Shown: positions 1 through 7,081 of the stretch, piece after piece
Numbering within the stretch: the first letter of the stretch is position 1
How the letters are laid out: every line of letters begins with the position of its first letter
Position numbers and translations under genes: made by a program
Notes under the pieces: generated by a model
What the model saw: the letters and a program-made list of their open reading frames with translations, nothing else
Told to the model about the DNA's origin: nothing
Databases searched by the model: none
Source of the DNA: an uncultured archaeon
GTDB lineage: Archaea; Asgardarchaeota; Thorarchaeia; Thorarchaeales; Thorarchaeaceae
Length of the DNA: 12,537 nucleotides
NCBI GenBank assembly: GCA_964473825.1
Contig: CAYYQL010000030.1
Span: 1 to 12,537 of the forward strand
Direction: 5' to 3'

Positions 1-72
1 GAGGCCCTAGAGATGGGTTATCGCATGGTAGACACTGCTTTTGCCCCTGATTGGTGCCGAGAGTCTACCTAG
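1..72 (+). CDS. Possible 3' end of a convergent gene entering from the left (EALEMGYRMVDTAFAPDWCREST*)
   Basis: Frame +1 is open from base 1 to TAG at 70-72. This stop overlaps the minus-strand TAG (69-71) of the acyl-CoA dehydrogenase in the palindrome CTAG. Only 23 codons are visible, so it could be chance. Confidence 0.3.
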   Translation, partial: EALEMGYRMVDTAFAPDWCREST

Positions 73-1268
73 AAGTCTGGCGGTTCCATGTTGACCCATT
101 TTGGTATGCTCTCCATAGCTGGGTCATATCCGTCGAGGACATGGCGTGCGAGAATCAGTCGTTGAATCTCGCTCGTGCCTTCGTAGATCTGGTAGAGCTT
201 TGCATCTCTAAAGATCTTCTCGAGAGGGTACTGATCAATATATCCGTATCCTCCGTGGATTTGAAGCGCCTCACTTGCAATCCACATTGCGGCATCCGTA
301 GCAAAGGCCTTTGCCACACTGGCAGGGACTGTTGAATCGCCCGAGGTATCGGCCTCCCACGCAGATCTGAGGTAGAGCAATCGCGACGCCTCTATCTTCA
401 TATACATCTCTGCAAGCTTGAACTGGATTGCCTCAAACTCTCGCAGCTTCTTGGTGAAGGCCTCTCGTTTGTTCACATATTCTCTGGCATATTCCATGGC
501 AGCTCTTGCCAGACCTGTGGCGAAGGCGCCAATTGCAGGTCTCGTCATAGCGAAAGTCGACATAGCAATCAGGAAGCCCATCCCTTCTCCGCCCAAGATG
601 TTCTCTTCAGGGACTTCGACATCTCTCAGAACGACAGACGAAGTTGAAGACGCTCTATGCCCCATCTTTTCAACAGGCCGGCCAGTCCTCAGACCCGAAC
701 TGTCCGCTTCAACAATGAATGCACACAGTGCCTTATGTCTCTGACTGGGATCTAAGCTCGCAAACACCGTAAAGTAGTCAGCATAGGGCGCATTCGTAAT
801 CCAGAACTTGCTTCCATTCAGGACATAGTGGTCACCCTTCTTTTCTGCTCGTGTCTTGATACCTGCGACATCACTCCCCATTCCTGGTTCTGAGCAAGCA
901 AAAGATATGAATCTCAAATCCTCCGTCAAGGGCCGTAGGTACTTCTCCTTCTGTTCCTCATTTCCAGCCACAAGAATCGGCTCTGCACCAAGACTGTTGA
1001 CGTAGATGCTCGTGGTCATCCCTGCACATCCCGCAGCCATCTCCTCCACAACAATGCACTGTTCCAATGCCCCCAGTCCCGGGCCACCATAGTCCTCAGG
1101 TATTCCGAGATTCATGAGTCCCTCATCCCAGCACTTCTGTATGATGGGCCGTGGGAACTCACCAGTCTTGTCGTAGTAATGTGCATAGGGAAGCATATAC
1201 TCTTGGGCAAACCGCCTAGCACGGTTTCGTAGCTCGACCTGTTCATCGGTTAGGGAAAAATCGATCAT
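69..1268 (-). CDS. Acyl-CoA dehydrogenase, short/medium-chain (MCAD/SCAD-type), ~399 aa
   Basis: Motifs [43 protein letters not shown] and [17 protein letters not shown] (catalytic Glu in YEGT). Start placed at ATG 1268 ([10 protein letters not shown], typical family N-terminus) with GAGGA upstream; the ORF track extends it to 1313. Confidence 0.95.
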   Translation of the reverse strand: [399 protein letters not shown]

Positions 1269-1378
1269 CTTCTCGTCCTCTTGCATAATAGAATGGTATC
1301 CAACTCGTAGCATGCTATATGTCAGTTTTGACTCAGCAGTATACTACGATACTCTACACTCTATCGATATTTGGTCTG

Positions 1379-3649
1379 TTAAATGATGCCAGCCTTGATC
1401 TGCTTAACAACCTCGGGCAGGTTCCATTTCAGTTCAAGTTCCAACGCACCATCTTCGGGTCCAGGACATCTACGTACACATGTTCGACAGGCGACACAGA
1501 GCCAGAGATCAACCTCCACGGTACCAAATCCCGGTTTGTCTTCATCCAGCACAATCTTCTGTGTAGGCTTATCCTTTGCCAGTCCACGGATTGTCCGGTA
1601 GAATATCCCTCGGTTGACCGGGAGACTATCGATTGCCTCATCAGAGAAATCGAAGAAGGCAGGGGCATCTATGATCGGCCTGAGCGTGATTGCGTCTTCC
1701 GGGCAGGCAATCTCGCATGACTTGCAGCCAAGACACTTTGATTGCTCCCATCTTACCGTTCCAAATCCTAGAAGGGGCGCATACCCCATCTGTGACTTGT
1801 ATTCCTCCAAGACGGAGGGAACATCCACATCCAGCAGATCTTCGATAGTGACCTTAGGTCGAGTATTCGGTATCTTGGCACGTGTTCGATATGTCATAAC
1901 GACCGCGGACTTCACCTTGTCCTCGACGGTATCAAGAAGACTCCCCGCGATCACCGTTCCACCGATGTCTATCTTCTCCATCTTATCCCGTGCCTTGGAA
2001 AAGGTCTCAAGCGAGTTAGCAAGATTTCCAATATCTTCAGGCTTCAAGTCTTCAAGTATGGATTCAATCTCATTCTTTGCACTGACCAGTAGCTTTGCTT
2101 CTTCACATGCCGTTCGCACCACAATCTCTGCCTTTGTGGGCGTTCTTGGGACATCATAGAGAACATATCCGTGTTCCTCCCCGGCAAGGGTAAGGAGCTC
2201 GTCACGTTTCATTCTGAGAAGATGCTGAAAGACTCTATCTTGAGGAATACTGGTTCTCTCGGCTAAGTCTTTGGCACTCATGGCACCAAGTTCACGTATC
2301 AAGATGAGGATTGTCCCTCTCTCAAGCTCATTACTGAGATAGCTGTCCATGATTTGTTTGTATCTCTCCGGATCTAGCTTCTCCCCATAGACATTGGCAC
2401 CTTCTACGAGATTGGGCCCCTTCTCTAAGGCAATCTTCAATCTGAATCGAGCAAATGCTTCAAGACCTGCAGAAACAAGCAGTCTAAGGTCTTCAGCCCC
2501 AGTGTCATCAGTTCTCGTCAGAATGCCCTGTGTAGCGCCGTCAGCAATTCCTCTTGCCTTGCTGAGCAATTCTGCAAGATCTGTTTCATCGTACAGCCCA
2601 AGCTTCTGCAGTCTTTCGAGTCCCAGTTCGAGTTCTTCAAGAGAAGAAACGACCAGTTCCTTATTCTTCCCCTCCAAAGAGCGCGAAATACCACGTAGCT
2701 GCTGAACGATTCTCTTCAACACCATCGTGCCTTCTGGAATGGTTTCGAAGACTCGAGCAAAGACGGGTGCATTCTCATCAAGACCCACCATCTCCACGTC
2801 ACTTCGCTGAATCATGCTTACAATGCTTCTCTGAATGACGTCTGCCTCTATACCAATCAACTCTGCGAGTTCTGGCACAGTCTTTGAACCCATATGGGTC
2901 AGTATGAAGTATATGACTCCTCGATACAGCTCAATCATGACATTCTGACGAAGAAGGTAGTCAAACCTCTCCTGGTCTATTCTTTCCTCTCGTTTTGCTC
3001 TCTTCACCTGTGCTGCAGTCCTGAGGAAGTTTCCATATCGCGTCTTGGTGCCAAGTTTCTGTAGTCGGGCCAGAGTTTCATCAGGCTCCTTTTCCACAAG
3101 ATTTCTGGCATCCTGGATTCCCTGCCGTAACTCTTTCAAATCCCGTTCTGCAGTCTTTGCATCTTCATCCGCGCTCTCCTCATACCCCCTGATCACTTCG
3201 GTTATGTGATTGGTTAGTTCGGGCAAAGGCGCGAGAATATCTCTCAGTTCAACTTCTTCTGTTTCTTCTTCCTTCCTTGACTTCTTAGTAAGTGAGTCAA
3301 GTCTAATTCTCAGAAGGCCCAAGAGGCCCTTCAGGGATTCAATGTTTCCCTTTTCGACTGCCTCTTCGAGATTATCAATTGCTCCTGCCAGAAGCCCTCT
3401 ATCGGAAACGTTTTCGATGAGGCTTGCCTTTTCAACGGCTGTTCGGAACTCACCAAAGTACTTCTCTGGAAAAGCAAGTATCTCCTCTGTCAGGGGACTT
3501 ATCTGTTCCTTTAGAAGTTCGAGTTCTTCATTGACTCGGCTTAGAGGTATAGCTGACTCTTCTTTCAGACCTCCAAGGACCATAATCATATCCATCATTC
3601 GTCTTCGCTTGGGTGCCATCTCACGCTCTGCTGCAATCGGTTCAGTCAT
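1379..3649 (-). CDS. Uncharacterised ~756-aa protein: helical N-terminus, two winged-helix-like repeats, C-terminal 2x[4Fe-4S] ferredoxin
   Basis: CxxCxxCxxxCP motifs CLGCKSCEIACP and CVACRTCVRRCP. wHTH-like segments GSKTVPELAELIGIEADVIQRSIVSM and GAMSAKDLAERTSIPQDRVFQHLLRM. Start set at ATG 3649, which overlaps the upstream stop (ATGA) with GGAGG 8 nt upstream; the ORF track starts at 3667. Confidence 0.85.
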   Translation of the reverse strand: MTEPIAAEREMAPKRRRMMDMIMVLGGLKEESAIPLSRVNEELELLKEQISPLTEEILAFPEKYFGEFRTAVEKASLIENVSDRGLLAGAIDNLEEAVEKGNIESLKGLLGLLRIRLDSLTKKSRKEEETEEVELRDILAPLPELTNHITEVIRGYEESADEDAKTAERDLKELRQGIQDARNLVEKEPDETLARLQKLGTKTRYGNFLRTAAQVKRAKREERIDQERFDYLLRQNVMIELYRGVIYFILTHMGSKTVPELAELIGIEADVIQRSIVSMIQRSDVEMVGLDENAPVFARVFETIPEGTMVLKRIVQQLRGISRSLEGKNKELVVSSLEELELGLERLQKLGLYDETDLAELLSKARGIADGATQGILTRTDDTGAEDLRLLVSAGLEAFARFRLKIALEKGPNLVEGANVYGEKLDPERYKQIMDSYLSNELERGTILILIRELGAMSAKDLAERTSIPQDRVFQHLLRMKRDELLTLAGEEHGYVLYDVPRTPTKAEIVVRTACEEAKLLVSAKNEIESILEDLKPEDIGNLANSLETFSKARDKMEKIDIGGTVIAGSLLDTVEDKVKSAVVMTYRTRAKIPNTRPKVTIEDLLDVDVPSVLEEYKSQMGYAPLLGFGTVRWEQSKCLGCKSCEIACPEDAITLRPIIDAPAFFDFSDEAIDSLPVNRGIFYRTIRGLAKDKPTQKIVLDEDKPGFGTVEVDLWLCVACRTCVRRCPGPEDGALELELKWNLPEVVKQIKAGII

Positions 3650-5808
3650 TTGCTCGCCTCCATCCATTTTCCAGCAGTCCCCTCATGCACCGGAGTTGGC
3701 CCAAGCTCTTCTGCTCGTCTTACCATTTCATCTATGGCCTCTATGAAACGCTCAGGTTCAGCACTGTACATTCTGAACATATCAACTCGTTCGCCTTTCC
3801 AGCCAATTGCATTCAGGATATCCCGGGCGACATCAATCTGGACCTGAGCAATTTCGTTTCCTGTTCCTCCCATATGGCATCGGTCAGTTTCGCAAGATGC
3901 AATCATCACTGTGCTTGCTCCGTGTTCGAATCCCTTGAGTATATCGATGATGCTTACTCTTCCTGCACATGGAACGGGAATAAATCGCGTATTCGCTGGA
4001 TACTTCATCTTTCGCGTCCCAACAATATCTATGGTTGACACGGCACACTCTTCACAATGGAAACAAAGCGTGATTGGATTGTCTGCTCCGGCTCCCTCTA
4101 GAGAGGCCTCAATCTGAGCCCAGAGCTGCTCATTAGTCAAGAAGTTGAGTTGGGTTGCTGCTGAGGGACAAAGGCTCTGGCAGACACCACAGGCATGGCA
4201 GTTGAGTGTGTCAATGGACGCCTTGAATTCCAACTTCTCATTTTCGTCCTCTGGATTCTCGGTTTCCTCAATCATCAAAGGCACGCCACGAGGACACTGC
4301 TGTGCACACAATGAACATCCCACACAGTCTTCCACATTCAGAACCGCGCCCCGAGCTAGCTTCGTGATTCTTCCCCTTTGAAGTTCATTATGCATCACGA
4401 GGGCGCCTGCTTGCGCATCTGTCACTGCTTCGAAGACAAACTGGGGTCTGGTGGCTCCACCGACAGCAATAACTCCTCTTCTTCGCGTTTCTAACCTCCG
4501 CAGCTTGCCATACAACTCCTTGACATGGCCACCCTCTTCGATATCAAAGCCAAGGGTTTCTGAGAGTTCATTTAGACCTTCAGAGGGAAGTACGGCAGAT
4601 GAGAGGACAAGAAGGTCAGGTGTGAGTTCTAGATACTTGTTGAGAAGAGAGTCATATACCTTAACATGGGTCTGCGTATCTTCTTCCCAGACCATGCTGA
4701 CTCTTCCCCTGATATAGTCCACCCCCTTTTCTCGAGACTCTTTGTAGATCATCTCATTCTCAAATGGAACCCGGATATCCATATAGACAACTCTGACTCG
4801 CACCTCGGAGTTCCTCTTGAGGACCTCGAGGGCGTTGTCTATAGCAAAGGTACAGCAGAGCTTGCTGCAATCGCGTTTATAGTCCTCTGCCCTACTGCCC
4901 ACGCATTGTACCATCACAATCTCCTTTACGGGTCCACCATCAGAGGGCCTGTTCAGCTCTCCTTCGCAGAGCATGCAGGATAGCTCGAACTGAGTCATAA
5001 CATCTGGATTCTTACCATACCTGTATTCATCCAACTCTGTTGGCTTGAACTCTCTGAAGCCAGTGGCCATCAGAATGCCGGAGGTCTGTATGTCCTTCTC
5101 AGCCCCATCCGTATCAACATAATGAATAGTGAAGTTTCCCATCTCTCCATCAAAGAACTTCACAGTAGCGTTTCGGTGGACATCGATATTGACATCTTTC
5201 TCGATAGATTCTAGTCTGCCACTGAGTACCTCTGCTCCTGACTTGCCTGTCGGGGCCACAACAGGTAGATGAATCACATGACCTCCCAATTCGGTTTCTC
5301 TCTCAAGAAGAGTGACCTCGTAGCCCAAATTGGATAGACTCAATGCAGACTCGATGCCCGCAATTCCTCCACCAATGACCGTTACATGACTTGCGACTTC
5401 CTTTGTTTCGTTCAAGACAGGCTCTGAGAGGTTCGCAAGTTTCACTGCACCCTTGATCATTGCCAACGATTTCTCTGTCGCCTCTTTGATATCATCGTGG
5501 ACCCATGCAGAGTGCTCTCGAATATTCACATATTGTATCTGTGATGAATCGATCCGCTCGTCTCTCAAGTAGTTGTCAATCCGTACCTTGATCTTCTGGC
5601 TGGTACAGGCTGCAATAACCAGACGCCCCTGACTTGCTGCAACGAGCTTCTTGATTTCCTCCAGCCCCTCATCCTGGCATAGGGTACCATGGATTGTGAC
5701 CGATTCCACCCCTTCATACTGTGAGAGCTCTTTGTCTAACAGGTCATAGTCAAGCGACAGGGTATCTCCACAAGTACATAGTAGCACAGGGGATTCATTT
5801 TCACTCAC
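3646..5808 (-). CDS. hdrA: Heterodisulfide reductase subunit A-like flavoprotein fused to a C-terminal MvhD/FlxD [2Fe-2S] domain (QmoB-like architecture), ~720 aa
   Basis: HdrA N-terminal domain (LCTCG..LCQDEG..AACT..NIREHSAWVH), FAD motif VIGGGIAG, HdrA signature QCVGSR..CSKLCC, C-terminal ferredoxin (CVGCSLCAQQCP, CHACGVCQSLCP), and MvhD motifs CEEC, YPANTRFIPVPCAGRV, SCETDRCH, ELGPTP. Start set at GTG 5808, 4 nt after the upstream stop, preceded by GGAAGTGA; the ORF-track start at 5901 overlaps the upstream gene. Confidence 0.9.
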   Translation of the reverse strand: MSENESPVLLCTCGDTLSLDYDLLDKELSQYEGVESVTIHGTLCQDEGLEEIKKLVAASQGRLVIAACTSQKIKVRIDNYLRDERIDSSQIQYVNIREHSAWVHDDIKEATEKSLAMIKGAVKLANLSEPVLNETKEVASHVTVIGGGIAGIESALSLSNLGYEVTLLERETELGGHVIHLPVVAPTGKSGAEVLSGRLESIEKDVNIDVHRNATVKFFDGEMGNFTIHYVDTDGAEKDIQTSGILMATGFREFKPTELDEYRYGKNPDVMTQFELSCMLCEGELNRPSDGGPVKEIVMVQCVGSRAEDYKRDCSKLCCTFAIDNALEVLKRNSEVRVRVVYMDIRVPFENEMIYKESREKGVDYIRGRVSMVWEEDTQTHVKVYDSLLNKYLELTPDLLVLSSAVLPSEGLNELSETLGFDIEEGGHVKELYGKLRRLETRRRGVIAVGGATRPQFVFEAVTDAQAGALVMHNELQRGRITKLARGAVLNVEDCVGCSLCAQQCPRGVPLMIEETENPEDENEKLEFKASIDTLNCHACGVCQSLCPSAATQLNFLTNEQLWAQIEASLEGAGADNPITLCFHCEECAVSTIDIVGTRKMKYPANTRFIPVPCAGRVSIIDILKGFEHGASTVMIASCETDRCHMGGTGNEIAQVQIDVARDILNAIGWKGERVDMFRMYSAEPERFIEAIDEMVRRAEELGPTPVHEGTAGKWMEASK

Positions 5809-5812
5809 ATGA

Positions 5813-7063
5813 TCACTTCCTGTTCTGCAGAATCTTCGACACAACAGCTCTCGCCTGGTTGACGCTCTCTGGAACTTCTGCTGGTCCCAGGGCTGTACCA
5901 CATGCGTAGACTCTCTCTCCTACTACGACCTCGTTCTCTGCAATCAAGTCTGCGGGTGCAACAAACCCGCTTGCGTCCTCTAGACCGAGTTGCTTCATCA
6001 GTTCCTTTCCCCCCTCAGGAGGTTCCAGTGCTGAGGAGAGCACAAATAGGTCCACATTTGTTTTCAGGTATCCATCCAGCAACGAATCATAGACAACAAC
6101 ATCGAGAGATTCATCTTCTCTGGGTTCTATGCGGGTGACCCGTCCCCGGATGAACTCGACTCCTCCATCACGTGCCTCGCGATAGTATCGTTCGTGTCTG
6201 TCATATGTCCGAATGTCCATGTAGACTACGCTTACCTTGACATTCTCTCTCTCCTGTGTGGCAATTACTGCATGTTTCAAAGCGAACACACAACATATCT
6301 TTGAGCAGTATGGATAATATCGCTCATCGCGGCTTCCGACACATTGAACCATCATCATTCGCCTGACAGGTTCTCCATCTGAGGGTCGTGTGATCACGCC
6401 GCCTGACTCTCCATTTGGATCGAGTATCTTCGCCAGCTCCAACTGGGTCACTATGTTTGGATGCGTTCCATAACCGTACTCCTCTACATCGGCAGGTATC
6501 ATCTCGTGGTAACCCGTAGCAATCACAATGTCTGAGACCTCTACGGTTTCCTCGGAGGGTTCAGCCGCGAGATTGATGGCGTCCGTGGGGCATTCCTCCT
6601 CCGCCTTCCTATCCCCCTCTTCGGCTTTGGAGGGGTTGTAGACGACAGCCTGTGGCTGACACTGAGGGGACAGCAGTTCGAATGCCCGCGAGTGTTCTAT
6701 GCATTTTCCACACAGAATGCATTTCTTTGGATTCACATACCGGGGGCCCACAAGGAGTGTGGCTTGAAACTCTCCCGCCGTACCTGATATATCCTTTACA
6801 GTTGTATCTGTGTACAAGTCGATATTCTGCTGGTCGGTCATAGCACTCCTGTAGAAGCACTTTCTTATTCCTGGTCGTGAGCGATTCCCCTCAAAACAGT
6901 AGAAACAATCGTCAGTTGGAAAGGCTTTGTAGAGATTGAGTGCATTTCCGCCGATTGTTCTCAACCTATCAACAAGGATGACCTTCACTCCTGAGTCAGC
7001 TAGTTCGACTGCTGCCGTCATGCCTGCAACGCCCGCGCCGATTACTAGAACTGGGCTTGTCAT
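5813..7063 (-). CDS. hdrA: Short heterodisulfide reductase subunit A-like flavoprotein (QmoA-like size), 416 aa
   Basis: VLVIGAGVAG FAD motif at the N-terminus, LYKAFPTDDCFYC (HdrA DKTFPTxDCxxC-like), EYGYG..NIVT, RPSDG, QCVGSRD..YCSKICC, YMDIRT, GVEFIRGRV. RBS GAGGTGA upstream of the ATG. Confidence 0.9.
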   Translation of the reverse strand: MTSPVLVIGAGVAGMTAAVELADSGVKVILVDRLRTIGGNALNLYKAFPTDDCFYCFEGNRSRPGIRKCFYRSAMTDQQNIDLYTDTTVKDISGTAGEFQATLLVGPRYVNPKKCILCGKCIEHSRAFELLSPQCQPQAVVYNPSKAEEGDRKAEEECPTDAINLAAEPSEETVEVSDIVIATGYHEMIPADVEEYGYGTHPNIVTQLELAKILDPNGESGGVITRPSDGEPVRRMMMVQCVGSRDERYYPYCSKICCVFALKHAVIATQERENVKVSVVYMDIRTYDRHERYYREARDGGVEFIRGRVTRIEPREDESLDVVVYDSLLDGYLKTNVDLFVLSSALEPPEGGKELMKQLGLEDASGFVAPADLIAENEVVVGERVYACGTALGPAEVPESVNQARAVVSKILQNRK

Positions 7064-7081
7064 TCCGGATTCACCTCAAAA

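Noticed and set aside
1-45. ALEMGYRMVDTA resembles the aldo-keto reductase motif ALxxGYRxxDTA
   Set aside because: In that family the motif is N-terminal and followed by ~250 aa; here the frame stops at 72, so no product was assigned.
3596-3616. NLS-like basic patch PKRRR near the N-terminus of the 756-aa protein
   Set aside because: Too short to be meaningful in a prokaryote; likely chance.
5809-5901. ORF-track N-terminal extension of HdrA-MvhD
   Set aside because: Overlaps the upstream hdrA by ~90 nt; GTG 5808 has an RBS and matches the family N-terminus.
3646-7063. Selenocysteine recoding in HdrA/MvhD, and read-through or frameshift joining the two hdrA genes
   Set aside because: The positions that can be Sec in other archaea (DCxxC loop, MvhD Cys motifs) are Cys codons with no in-frame TGA. 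Each hdrA has its own FAD motif, RBS and natural terminus, so they are not fragments of one gene.
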